The notes beneath the pieces were generated by a model. It saw only the letters and a list, made by a program, of their open reading frames with translations, did not search any database and had not been told where the DNA came from. Of a stretch of 44,079 bases of DNA, positions 17,901 to 26,083 are shown in pieces (position 1 is the first letter of the stretch; each line of letters opens with the position of its first letter). The DNA comes from a virus (taxonomy: Duplodnaviria > Caudoviricetes): positions 1 to 44,079 of the IMG/VR virus record IMGVR_UViG_3300034008_000129. The stretch is one strand, 5' to 3'. The translations under genes were made by a program, and so were the position numbers.

Positions 17901-19303
17901 ATCAGAGCAGCATTGCGCGCCAGTGCGTCGTTGGTCTCCTTGATCTCCCAAGCGAGCGTCGCAGAGCCGCGACCGATCAAGCCGCCGCCGGGAACAGTGC
18001 CGCCCGGAGTGGCTTCGGTGGCCCGCGCCGCTCCCAGCTTCGCCTGTTGTTCGCGCAGCAGCGCGTCAAGCGCTCCACGCGTCCTGATTTCGAGTTGCCG
18101 TTTTGCTTCGGACGCGTTGAGGTCGTCGATGATGCCCTGTCGAGTAGTGCGGTTCAGTGCGGCCTGTCCGCCGTTCAGTCGCTCAACGGCGTCGGTGAGC
18201 GCTTTAGCGGCTTTCTCGTGCTCCGTGAGTGCGCCCGCCGCCTTTCCGGACGCGTCCGCGTTGTCCGACAACGCCTTCCACAGCGCGCCAAGCCCGAGCA
18301 GGACGGCAGTGATCGCCAGCCCCCAGGGACCGATCATGAAAGTCGCAACGGCTCCCATCTTCCCGCCGAGGTTCGCCATCTGACCGGCAGCCTGACCGCC
18401 CTGGATCGCCAGCACCGACAACGGGTTCGCGCCCATGCTGAGCTGCGTAAACGTATCCTGCGCTTGGAACGACAAGCCCTGCATGGCTTGCCGATGGGCA
18501 CCTGCCGCAGAAGCGGCAATCTGCTGCCGATCGGCCAGCCGATCCATCGCCTGTCCCGAACCTGCCACAGACTGAGCGTGGCTGTAGAGCGCATCGCGCG
18601 CCCGCTGGACCTCTTGAGCATACTCCCGTTGGCTAAGCCGGTTTGCGGCAAGGAGGCGCTCGGCGCGCTCCAACTCACTATCGAACCGCTGTTGCGCCGC
18701 GTACATCGGATCAAGAGCAGCGCGGACGGTGACCGCCTCACGCGATAGCTGAGCCTCCGCCGCTGCCGCTTCGCGCATCGCGATTGCACCGGCACGGGCG
18801 CGTGTCTCGAACAACTCGTAGGCGTGCGCGGCTTCCCGGCGGGCCTGAGCTTCGGCTTCCGCAGCTGCACGGGCCTGCGTTTGCTGCTGCGTCAGCAGCG
18901 CTAGTTCGGAGCGCAGCTCCCCGGCAAGGGCGCTATTCCGGACACGCTCGGCGGCGAGCGCGGCTTCCTCGATGCGTGTCGCCTGGATTTCGGTGCGGCT
19001 CTTGCCAAACTCCGCGTTCTGCTTCTGCAACGATCGAACGAGGCCTTCGCCCACCCGCTCGACCTGAGCCGCATCCCGCGCGATTGCCCGCGTTGAACGG
19101 GTCGACGCGGCTTCCAATTCGCGGAACTGCTGCGCCGCCTGGGGCAGGCCAAGACCACCGCTAACAGCGGCTTCCAAGCGCTGGAACTCGCGCACCGCCT
19201 CGGCAGACGTTTTGCCAATCAGGTCGTCGAGCGTCCGCAGCCCGCCGAACGAGTCGCCAAAGTCAATCTGGAATGAAACGCCCAAGCCGGAGGAGTCGTC
19301 CAT
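14978..19303 (-). CDS. Tail tape measure protein
   Basis: 1441 aa, Ala-rich and helical; LSFQAQDTFTQLSMGANPLSVLAIQGGQ motif; position after the chaperones. Confidence 0.92.
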   Translation of the reverse strand: MDDSSGLGVSFQIDFGDSFGGLRTLDDLIGKTSAEAVREFQRLEAAVSGGLGLPQAAQQFRELEAASTRSTRAIARDAAQVERVGEGLVRSLQKQNAEFGKSRTEIQATRIEEAALAAERVRNSALAGELRSELALLTQQQTQARAAAEAEAQARREAAHAYELFETRARAGAIAMREAAAAEAQLSREAVTVRAALDPMYAAQQRFDSELERAERLLAANRLSQREYAQEVQRARDALYSHAQSVAGSGQAMDRLADRQQIAASAAGAHRQAMQGLSFQAQDTFTQLSMGANPLSVLAIQGGQAAGQMANLGGKMGAVATFMIGPWGLAITAVLLGLGALWKALSDNADASGKAAGALTEHEKAAKALTDAVERLNGGQAALNRTTRQGIIDDLNASEAKRQLEIRTRGALDALLREQQAKLGAARATEATPGGTVPGGGLIGRGSATLAWEIKETNDALARNAALIEKANTAIRGGRGRIISRDVAAATDRATAAAQRYSDEVDRLTRLHDRGSMSDAKYRAEMLSTTRARDAALERIKESEAAAGKAATAANKAAAAARREAAQEMKEYQKELDKLAALARNPGAGLDVAAIVDAPRRALDASKRTYSELFGEGDLLAGVVQADPLKAKWDAADEAAAEKHKALHEGLRLTADLAEEAGDAMSRSFGRAGGAIGEVLRTLGRYGEERQRIADAMTAGDITAQNAARRTAALQVGAFGDIIGAAKSMAKEGTGTYRALAAAEKAYRAVQFAMSVQAMVQNALETTGIVSNAAIKATAEGTAGIAKQSQLPFPANIAAMAATAAALVAAGIAVFGGGGGAAAPVTNTGTGTVLGDRSAQSESIKRSIDALREVDTLMLTSSRDMAASLRSIDSQIGGLASLVVRSGDINASAGVTEGFKMNAVGSVLSKIPLIGGILGGLFGSKTTVVGSGLFGKAQSLDSILGDGFDASYYSDVEKKKKLFGITTGTKRSTTFTGADDGLEQQFTLILRGFYDSIGAAAGPLGTATSEIEARLRGFVVNIGKIDLQGLTGAEIEEKLTAVFGAAADNMASAAFPGVERFQRVGEGAFETLVRVASTVESVTASLDMLGSGARGLAIDAKMALADQFDSLGDLTGAAQSYFETFYSKQEQAAARAAQFATVFDSLGLAMPNTLAGFRSLVEAQNLTTASGQSTYATLLQLAPAFAELASVMDGAKSAADILSERQDLERKLLELRGDTATIRALDLAKLDVSNRGLQEQIYAVQDAQAAAAAAKQLQDAWKSVGDTIMDEVKRIRGLTGGAGEGSFASLLGQFNAATSAARGGNQDAAKSLPGLSQALLKVAADTATSRQELARVQAQTAASLEATYGVIGALTGAGTSSTGSTLSAAATAAQATAAPATANEDRAEEVRALRTELAAMRADINTGLATVAGNTGRTARKLEDVTSASGGDAISVTSVAA

Positions 19304-19323
19304 TAGCGATCCTCCTCACAACG

Positions 19324-19343
19324 AAAACCCCGCCGAAGCGAGG
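19324..19343 (-). terminator. Rho-independent terminator between the moron genes and tape measure
   Basis: Minus strand CCTCGC-TTCG-GCGGGG-TTTT. Confidence 0.7.
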
Positions 19344-19399
19344 TCAGGTTAAATTTCGGCTAGACTAGGTGAAGCGGCCAGGATTGCGGACCGAAGAGA

Positions 19400-19717
19400 C
19401 TACAAGTCTAAGGCGTTCCCTGCTGCGTCAAAATCAACATAATTGAACGTGTCAGGCTGGCCTTTAAATGCCGGAAATTGACACAGCTGTGTGTCGCGGA
19501 CCGGAGTTCCGTAAGCGTTTGCCGCATCGTATTGTACACTGACCCAGTACTCGTCGCCATTCTTCATGGCGCTGCCTGACCAAGAAGTCCGCTTATAGGT
19601 GCTGGGAGACCGCAACTTGCCTTGGATGTAGCGCTCGCAATCCTCCAAAGCCGGGTTCTCGAACGCTGAACAGCTCACCAGCGCCATCAACCCTAACGCT
19701 AGAAAGATCGCGCGCAC
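19400..19717 (-). CDS. Moron lipoprotein (superinfection-exclusion candidate)
   Basis: Signal peptide with LVSC lipobox; visibly more AT-rich than flanking tail genes. Confidence 0.7.
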   Translation of the reverse strand: MRAIFLALGLMALVSCSAFENPALEDCERYIQGKLRSPSTYKRTSWSGSAMKNGDEYWVSVQYDAANAYGTPVRDTQLCQFPAFKGQPDTFNYVDFDAAGNALDL

Positions 19718-20641
19718 CTAAGCAACCTCTCGGAAGATAGTCAGTGGCGTCACCGCGTATGCCGCCGCCGGCCGACCAAGTGCAAACCGGACAATCGGCG
19801 CAAGCGTTTGCGATATCTGCCCGACCATGCTGTTCAGCATGCCGATATTGTCGGCATCGAACTCGCCATCAAGATCAGGCACCTCGTATTCCGGCAGTGC
19901 CGTGAGTATGCCGACGATTGTCCAAGTTCCCGACATCCTCGCCCCATGCGCGAGAGTGATGTCGCTCGCAGAGGTGGCGAGGTACTCCTCACGCAATGCA
20001 CCCCACACCAGCGATGGACTGACCTCATCGTCAGTTATGAGCGAGGCATGAATTGCGTGGGGCATAAGCTGCATCATATCCAAGGTAAGCTCGGAGTTCT
20101 CCTTTTGCTCCTTATGCGCTGCCTTTTCCGCGGCGGTCATCTGCGAAACCAACTTCTGAGAAGCGCTTCCCCCAAGAGCCTTTCTCTGAATGCTTTGGAG
20201 CTTCCAAGCATCTTTCATCATCGATAGGTCGAGTACGCTCAGATACCCTTTCACAAGAACAAACTGACCTATCCGCGCCCCCAACAGAGTGCGATTAATC
20301 ATGTTGTTCTCGGAAAGGTAATCCAGGAAAGCTCGCGCGTTCGCCCAATATGGATCGAACACACGTGCGTAGCCCTCAGCAGACGAAACGGTGGTTTCTT
20401 TGGTGCCCTCTAGCCCTCCCGAAAGAAGCCCGAGGTCGGCCTTGCCGTCCTTCTTACTCGCTTCCTTCTTGCCTCTTTCGGCGTCCTTGGTGCGGGTTAG
20501 CTGCTGAAGGTGTCCGTCGCCCTCGAACTGAGACAGGAATGACCCGATGCGACGGCTGTCGTGATAGAGGAAATCAAGGACGGAACGGGCGCTTGAAGGA
20601 TCGTCCTCCTGCTCGAATGTCGTCGAGGTGTCTGTCGGCAT
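19718..20641 (-). CDS. Moron protein, DUF6414-like
   Basis: DFLYHDSRRIGSFLSQF N-terminal motif and C-terminal TPLTIFRE; more AT-rich codon usage. Confidence 0.7.
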   Translation of the reverse strand: MPTDTSTTFEQEDDPSSARSVLDFLYHDSRRIGSFLSQFEGDGHLQQLTRTKDAERGKKEASKKDGKADLGLLSGGLEGTKETTVSSAEGYARVFDPYWANARAFLDYLSENNMINRTLLGARIGQFVLVKGYLSVLDLSMMKDAWKLQSIQRKALGGSASQKLVSQMTAAEKAAHKEQKENSELTLDMMQLMPHAIHASLITDDEVSPSLVWGALREEYLATSASDITLAHGARMSGTWTIVGILTALPEYEVPDLDGEFDADNIGMLNSMVGQISQTLAPIVRFALGRPAAAYAVTPLTIFREVA

Positions 20642-20768
20642 CGCGCTCCGTGTCCTCCGCTTGGCGGGAGACGCGGCGCTCCGTTTCGAGAAGCTCGTCC
20701 ACCTGCTTGTCGAGCAGGCGAGCGACCGCCTTCGTCGTTAAGCCCAGTATCTTTCGGCTTCTTTCCAC
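20574..20768 (-). CDS. 64-aa charged helical protein overlapping the start of the DUF6414-like gene
   Basis: GTG start with GAGGTG upstream; 68-nt overlap; ends GGRSFKRPFRP. Confidence 0.5.
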   Translation of the reverse strand: MERSRKILGLTTKAVARLLDKQVDELLETERRVSRQAEDTERDADRHLDDIRAGGRSFKRPFRP

Positions 20769-20849
20769 GGCTTCGCGAGCACCTCGTCCGCTGCTCTCAT
20801 GAGCATCATAGTGCAGGTAGGACAATCCCACCACCTGAAAACTAAGGCG

Positions 20850-21335
20850 TCATCCCAGCACGGCCTCAAGCCGCGCCTGCTCGGTTTCGATCGCCCGTTG
20901 GGACGGGGCGGTGTGCCACGGTGCCGGGCAGTTCTCGCTTTCGGCCCGCCGTCCCTCCGCCAGGTACTCCGTGGAAAGCCGACGGATCAGCCGAGCTTCC
21001 CACGGCTGCAGCGTGACGCAGGTGGCGCGCTGCCACTCGTTGATCTCGCCCCAGCTAAGGGGAGCGGAGCCCATCCCAGCGGCCTGGGTCAGGCCGATCT
21101 CGATCAGCCGTGCCGTGATGGCCGGTGCTGGGTTGGGCGGCATCGGGGGGTCGGTCCTCTGCCGCTTGAAGTCGTCCAATCGACTGACCGGGGCGGATGC
21201 TGTCCCGTTCGCCGCGGCAGCCGCTGCCGCCTTGCCGCGCGCGCTACTGGGGTCCGGCTTGGGCGTGGCGTTCAACCACGCCAGTTGCCGGACATAGACC
21301 GTCAGCTCGTCGCCGAGCCGGGCGAGAACTTTCCC
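20850..21335 (-). CDS. Tail assembly chaperone, frameshifted C-terminal segment (gpT-like)
   Basis: -1 frame after GGGAAAG reads VLARLGDELTVYVRQLAWLNATP... continuous with ORF 20850..21275; LSWGEINEW motif. Confidence 0.85.
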   Translation of the reverse strand, partial: GKVLARLGDELTVYVRQLAWLNATPKPDPSSARGKAAAAAAANGTASAPVSRLDDFKRQRTDPPMPPNPAPAITARLIEIGLTQAAGMGSAPLSWGEINEWQRATCVTLQPWEARLIRRLSTEYLAEGRRAESENCPAPWHTAPSQRAIETEQARLEAVLG

Positions 21336-21724
21336 CAGTCGCCGACGAACTTCACCGCCTGTTCCTTGATCCAGCCGAGCTTGGGATCGGAGTAGACGGC
21401 CAGGTAGAGCGCCTGGCCGGCGAGAGGCGTTCCGTCGGGCGCATCATGCTCGATGTGGCGAAAGCCCGCGGTCAGAACGACCAGGTCCGCAGCACCCTCG
21501 ACGCGACGCTCCTCGATCGGCACGTGCGACAGCTTGTTGTCGTTCTCTGCCATGCGCTTCACGGTGCGGGCCGTGGACCGCTCCTCGATCTGCGCGTACT
21601 CGGGCGAGCCGGGGCCGAACAGGTCGATACCGACCTTCTTGCAGTCGTCGTAGAGGGGGGTCCCATCGGGACCTTTGAGATGGAGAAAGGCCGTCGGAAC
21701 GACGGCGAGGGATGCAATCTTCAT
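21302..21724 (-). CDS. Tail assembly chaperone (gpG-like)
   Basis: Between major tail and tape measure; carries the slippery site. Confidence 0.85.
   Translation of the reverse strand: MKIASLAVVPTAFLHLKGPDGTPLYDDCKKVGIDLFGPGSPEYAQIEERSTARTVKRMAENDNKLSHVPIEERRVEGAADLVVLTAGFRHIEHDAPDGTPLAGQALYLAVYSDPKLGWIKEQAVKFVGDWGKFSPGSATS
21329..21335 (-). other. Programmed -1 ribosomal frameshift slippery site
   Basis: G GGA AAG in correct phase near the end of the chaperone gene; same heptamer as lambda G-T. Confidence 0.88.
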
Positions 21725-21730
21725 GTGGGT

Positions 21731-21824
21731 ATCCTCGCGGTGGATGGTGCACCGACTCGCGCCGCCGCCCGCGACAAGCGGGAGCGAGCCGGTGCATGGG
21801 GTAGGTCGACGTCGCGGGCGTCGA
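21731..21824 (-). ncRNA. Candidate cis-regulatory RNA: three hairpins with complementary CCGCGA/UCGCGG segments
   Basis: Hairpins at 21806-21824, 21748-21796 and 21731-21745; the last contains the chaperone RBS. Confidence 0.55.
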
Positions 21825-21836
21825 AGGCGGTGGGGA

Positions 21837-22286
21837 TTACGCGGCGGGCGCCTTGTAGATGTCCGTGCTGATTTCGATCGACGGCGCTGCCATCACCATC
21901 GAGTTCGCGGCGCCGACGGTCTCCGGATAGCCGAACACGCGAGCGCCGAAGTAACGCTTCGCGCCGTTCGGGAGCGTCACCATGAACGAGTAGAGCTTGC
22001 TGCTCTTGTCGTCCGCGGCGGTGCGCAGCAGCGTCTGACCCGCGTCCTCGTCGTCATGCGCCAGCGAAGGCTGGATAGCTCCGGAGTTGGAGGGACCCTT
22101 GTACTTCTCCAGCACGCCGTCGAGCGGCTGGAAGTTAACGACCTCGGTCGTCGCGCCGAATGTGCCGAGTTGTTCGGCCTTGCCGATGTTTGTGTAAGTC
22201 AGAGCGGTCCGTCCGGCTAGGTTCTCAGTAGCGGGCGCAGCGGCCGAGATGCCGATCTTGCTGCCCGCGGCGGTCATTGCGGTCAT
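21837..22286 (-). CDS. Major tail tube protein
   Basis: 149 aa; DAGQTLLRTA and SFMVTLPNG..RYF pattern; position; GGAG RBS. Confidence 0.85.
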   Translation of the reverse strand: MTAMTAAGSKIGISAAAPATENLAGRTALTYTNIGKAEQLGTFGATTEVVNFQPLDGVLEKYKGPSNSGAIQPSLAHDDEDAGQTLLRTAADDKSSKLYSFMVTLPNGAKRYFGARVFGYPETVGAANSMVMAAPSIEISTDIYKAPAA

Positions 22287-22334
22287 GGTGCTGTTCTCCG
22301 ATCAGCGTAGGCCGGTGAAGCCCGGCGGGGTCAG

Positions 22335-22351
22335 TCCTGTCGCGGGCAGGA
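22335..22351 (-). promoter_or_regulatory. Stem-loop with CCCGCGA loop upstream of the major tail gene
   Basis: Minus strand TCCTG-CCCGCGA-CAGGA. Confidence 0.5.
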
Positions 22352-22358
22352 AAGAGGG

Positions 22359-22550
22359 TTAGGAGGCGGAAGCGTCCGCCTTGGACGTCTCGGGCTTCTT
22401 GTCGGACGCGAGGCCCGCAGCCTCGTAATTGCCGATCTCGCCCGGATCAGCCTCGATCGGCTTGCCACCCTCAAAGCTCCGGCCGGTGCCGGTATCCTTG
22501 AAGTTGCGCGTGGCATAAAAGGTCTTTGCTGCATCGGTCTTGCCAGTCAT
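22359..22550 (-). CDS. Small hypothetical structural-module protein (63 aa)
   Basis: GAGGAG RBS upstream of MTGKTD. Confidence 0.65.
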   Translation of the reverse strand: MTGKTDAAKTFYATRNFKDTGTGRSFEGGKPIEADPGEIGNYEAAGLASDKKPETSKADASAS

Positions 22551-22564
22551 GGTTCTTCTCCTCG

Positions 22565-22966
22565 TCATACTGGTGCGTTGAACGACACGCTGAAATCCTG
22601 CGTCTGCTCGAAGCTGTCTCCGGGACCGATCACGCTGGGTCCAAGCCCGGCCTTGAGGACCGAGACTTCCGAGCACCCCGCGAAGTCACCGACACGGTCA
22701 GCGCAGGCGGCGCGAACGCGCTTGATCGTGTCTTTGCGCTCGCGAACGCTGGCGGCGCGGACGGTGACGGCGATGCGCTCAGTCGAGTGGACGAAAGCGC
22801 CGGGGGTGAGGAACTGACGATCCGTCCCGCTGACGGTGCGGAGGAGGAGCGCGGTCAGCTGCACGCCGTCCGGCAGGCGATCCTCCTTGATGCGGTCCTC
22901 ACCGGCGATCTCGGCGAAATAGGTGTCGGCGAGCAGCAGCTCGGAGATGATGGCTGTGCCGCTCAT
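22565..22966 (-). CDS. Tail terminator/completion protein (DUF3168-like)
   Basis: Size and position before the major tail gene. Confidence 0.7.
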   Translation of the reverse strand: MSGTAIISELLLADTYFAEIAGEDRIKEDRLPDGVQLTALLLRTVSGTDRQFLTPGAFVHSTERIAVTVRAASVRERKDTIKRVRAACADRVGDFAGCSEVSVLKAGLGPSVIGPGDSFEQTQDFSVSFNAPV

Positions 22967-23508
22967 GCGCCGACACCCTCGGCGCGGCCGGTGATGACGC
23001 CCCGGCGAAGGTGGGCATCGATGTATGCCTGCGCCGCCGCGATAGCCTCGGCCTTCTTGATGTCGCGCGCAGGGCGAAGGAACGGGTGCGGCTGGGCACC
23101 GGGATGGTGAACCGTCTTGCCCACGGGCTTGCCGTTGATGATCAGCGTCGATCGCAGGCTCGCTTCGCCACCGGTGAGCCGACGGTTGATCCGCCGGGCC
23201 GTCGAGCCGCCGCGAACGGCATCATCCACGGTGATGAAGTGCGGGGAGGTGCCATACTCGAGCCAGATCGCCAGCGAGCGCGCCCAGCCCCGCTTGACCG
23301 TGATCAGCACGTAAATGTGATCGTCGTTGGCGGTCACCTCGACCACGACCTTCTCGCGCACCTCGGCGGACTGGACGCGCAGCTTGGCTTCGTTCGCTAC
23401 GACGTCACCGCCCGCACGTCCGGCACCGCGAAGCACCTTGGTGATGTCGGTCGGCAGCTGCCGGAAGTAGCGCTGCTGCTCGGCACGGCCGCGCGCGACA
23501 ACGGGCAT
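22963..23508 (-). CDS. HK97 gp10-like neck/tail protein
   Basis: WLEYGT...HPGAQPHPFLRPA motifs. Confidence 0.85.
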   Translation of the reverse strand: MPVVARGRAEQQRYFRQLPTDITKVLRGAGRAGGDVVANEAKLRVQSAEVREKVVVEVTANDDHIYVLITVKRGWARSLAIWLEYGTSPHFITVDDAVRGGSTARRINRRLTGGEASLRSTLIINGKPVGKTVHHPGAQPHPFLRPARDIKKAEAIAAAQAYIDAHLRRGVITGRAEGVGA

Positions 23509-23864
23509 CAGGCCGCGTTGCCCGCCGACGAGAAATCCTCAACCATGAACTCCAAGGCTTCCCGGTAGCCCAGTTCGGCAGGACCGGAGACGATCTGCAT
23601 GATGCGGTCGCCCATCACGAAGCGCATGCTTCCTGTGATGTCGGGCCGATAGCGAATGCGGACCCGCGCGGGCCGAGCGGCGACGTTGATCCCGCTCACG
23701 AGACGCTCGCCGCGGCTGGGCAGGGCATCCTGCACCTCGGCCCACACCTCGCCGACCATCTGCCAGCTACCCGAGCCCGCGCTATCGAAGCCGCTGTCGG
23801 CGATTGGACGCTCGATGCGGATGCGGCGGTTCAACCGGCTCGCGAGGTCTTTCCCGACCTTCAC
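23508..23864 (-). CDS. Head-tail adaptor / head closure protein (GTG start)
   Basis: LNRRIRIERP...VWAEV...RIRYRPDITGSMR motif. Confidence 0.88.
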   Translation of the reverse strand: MKVGKDLASRLNRRIRIERPIADSGFDSAGSGSWQMVGEVWAEVQDALPSRGERLVSGINVAARPARVRIRYRPDITGSMRFVMGDRIMQIVSGPAELGYREALEFMVEDFSSAGNAA

Positions 23865-24394
23865 AGCGCACGCGCCCGGTAATCTCTGCACAGGGTGCGA
23901 GCGGCCTTCTCGGCGGCCTGGAACAACTCCCCGCCTGCACGGTCCGCCTCATAGGCGCTGATCAGCGTGAGCATCGCCCGGCGCAGGTTGCCCGGCACCG
24001 CGTCGCCCGGCTCGTATCCGGCGCGGATGGTGACCGTGAACAGCTGGCGCGTGTCGCGGAAGGGATAGAACGCTCCGACCGGAGGCAGAATGCGCGCAGG
24101 GCGACGGCTGACGTCCAGTCGAGCCCCGACGATCGTGACAGGCGCGCCGGTCGTGTCGGTGTAGCCGACACCGGGCACCGCGGTCGCGGCGATCGGCCAA
24201 GCGCGGAGGCTGACGCTGCCGAACCCGTGAAACTGCTCGGTCACATCGCGCGCAACGAGAATATGGCCGGTGTACCGCTCCACCCAAGCCGCGGCGTCGT
24301 CGATGAAGCCTTGCACCTCGGCGTCGCGCGACGCGTCGCCAGCCTCCATGCGGAGCTGACGCTTTGCCGAAGACAGCGTAACGGGGATCGCCAT
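23861..24394 (-). CDS. Head-tail connector protein (gp6-like)
   Basis: VTLSSAKRQLR...IDDAAAWVERYTG...VPGNLRRAMLTLI motif. Confidence 0.88.
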   Translation of the reverse strand: MAIPVTLSSAKRQLRMEAGDASRDAEVQGFIDDAAAWVERYTGHILVARDVTEQFHGFGSVSLRAWPIAATAVPGVGYTDTTGAPVTIVGARLDVSRRPARILPPVGAFYPFRDTRQLFTVTIRAGYEPGDAVPGNLRRAMLTLISAYEADRAGGELFQAAEKAARTLCRDYRARAL

Positions 24395-24460
24395 AGGTCA
24401 CCTCGCTCGCTGGAGGGTGTACGGGACCGGCGCAGGGGGCACACCGATCCCGTACGGGGT

Positions 24461-24757
24461 TCAGGCCTCGGCCTGGTCCTTCATGTTCTTCTCGACCGCA
24501 TCCTCGTTGCCGAGCCGCGGATCGTTGAAGTCGATCTGGTTGGCGATCACCGGCTGACCCTTGCGCGGGTTGTTGTCGACGGCCGGATGGTCGACGTCGA
24601 TCCGGTCGACGATCTCGGGCTCGATGAATGCGCCGCTTGCCGCGACCTGCGTGGCGGGGGTGAGGGTGTCCTCGGTCAGTCCTCGCGTGTCGGAGACGCC
24701 GGGGATGTGCGAGGGCGCGATGTCGGTCGTGTCGACGGTCTTCTTGGTGCCGGTCAT
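24461..24757 (-). CDS. Small acidic hypothetical protein after capsid (98 aa)
   Basis: GGAG RBS upstream of MTGTKK; flanked by hairpins. Confidence 0.65.
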   Translation of the reverse strand: MTGTKKTVDTTDIAPSHIPGVSDTRGLTEDTLTPATQVAASGAFIEPEIVDRIDVDHPAVDNNPRKGQPVIANQIDFNDPRLGNEDAVEKNMKDQAEA

Positions 24758-24813
24758 GGCGGTTCTCCAGGAGAGAGGGGCGGCCGAGCCGAAGCCCGGC
24801 CGCCGGGTCAGGT

Positions 24814-26073
24814 TCAGGCGGCGATGCGCAGCGCGCGCATGGCCGTCGGGTTCTTCACGCCACCGCCGACGCGCTTGGTCGTGTAGAACAGCACGAAGGG
24901 CTTGGCCGTGTACGGGTCGCGCAGGACGCGAACGCCAATCCGGTCGATGACCTGGTAGGTCTCGGCCATGTCGCCGTAGAGTGCAGCGATGTTGCCTGCG
25001 CCGACGTTCGGCATGCCGGGCATGTCGACCACCGCCTCGCCCGCCAGCGTGGGCGGGACGCCGAGCGCCAGGCTGGGCTGCCACAGATAGGCGCCGTCCG
25101 CGGTCTTCAGCTTCCGGAAGGCCGCCTGCGACCCGCGGTTCATGAAGAACTTGGCACCCGGCACGTGCTCGGCCGGCAGATCGGCCTGAAGGTCGAACAG
25201 CGCGTCCGCCTTCACGTCCGCCGCCGCGCCAGAGTTGAGCACGGGGATCGCACCATACGGGTGCTTGGCGGCGTTCGCCGCGCCGGTGACATAGGTGAGC
25301 ACGCCATGCGGCTTGTTCGTTCCGTCACCGGACAGGAAGGCGATCCCCTCCTGACGGTCGAACTCGACCGAGACCTCGTCGGCGAGCCAAGCCTCGACGT
25401 CGATCTCGGCATCGTCGATCAGGCCCTGCGACGCAGCCGGGTTGGCGTAGAGCTCGCCCAGGCCGAAATCGAGGATCGACAGGCCGGGCGTGGTCGTCTG
25501 CGGGCGCGCCGCCGTCTCGCCGACCCAGCCGCTGCCGACGATGCCGTCGGAGAACACCTTCTTGAACCCTGCGCCGCTGATCGAAATCACCGAGCTGTTC
25601 TGGCGCATCGGCGAGATGACCTTCTGCTTCTTGCCGATGGTCCGATCCCACTCGACGGGCGCGAGATAGCCACCCTCGCCGTCGGTCTTGGTCGCAGCCG
25701 CGCGCACCTCGTTCAGCTTCGCGGACGGCTCGCCGCCCTTGAAGTACGACCGAAACTGCGCCGTGTACTCAGGGTCGCGCGGCTTGGCGCTGTCGTGCCC
25801 GTCGCCGACTGCGTTGGCGAGGTTGACGCTTTCGATAGCCGCCTGGAGCCTGTCGAGATCGGCCTCGACCTTCGCCAGCTTGTCGGTGGTGACGACGTCG
25901 GTCTTGCCCGCCTTGATCTCGTCGAGCTGGGCGGTGTGGGTGGCCTTGAACGCCTCGAACGCGGTGCCGAGGTCCTCAATGGAGGCGATCTTCTTGGGCT
26001 GGGCTTCGGCGCGCACGGCAACGAGGCCCCGGCCCGTCGCGGCCATGCCGCGCAGGGTAGCGATGGTCTTCAT
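24814..26073 (-). CDS. Major capsid protein, HK97 family
   Basis: GGYLAPVEWD, GWVGE, FLSGDGTNKPHG and RDPYTAKPFVLFYTTKRVGG motifs. Confidence 0.97.
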   Translation of the reverse strand: MKTIATLRGMAATGRGLVAVRAEAQPKKIASIEDLGTAFEAFKATHTAQLDEIKAGKTDVVTTDKLAKVEADLDRLQAAIESVNLANAVGDGHDSAKPRDPEYTAQFRSYFKGGEPSAKLNEVRAAATKTDGEGGYLAPVEWDRTIGKKQKVISPMRQNSSVISISGAGFKKVFSDGIVGSGWVGETAARPQTTTPGLSILDFGLGELYANPAASQGLIDDAEIDVEAWLADEVSVEFDRQEGIAFLSGDGTNKPHGVLTYVTGAANAAKHPYGAIPVLNSGAAADVKADALFDLQADLPAEHVPGAKFFMNRGSQAAFRKLKTADGAYLWQPSLALGVPPTLAGEAVVDMPGMPNVGAGNIAALYGDMAETYQVIDRIGVRVLRDPYTAKPFVLFYTTKRVGGGVKNPTAMRALRIAA

Positions 26074-26083
26074 GTCTGTTCCT

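Noticed and set aside
24400-24812. Hairpins flanking the small gene after the capsid
   Set aside because: Ordinary GC-rich stem-loops typical of post-capsid attenuation or stabilisation; they lack the CCCGCGA loop and a clear U-tract
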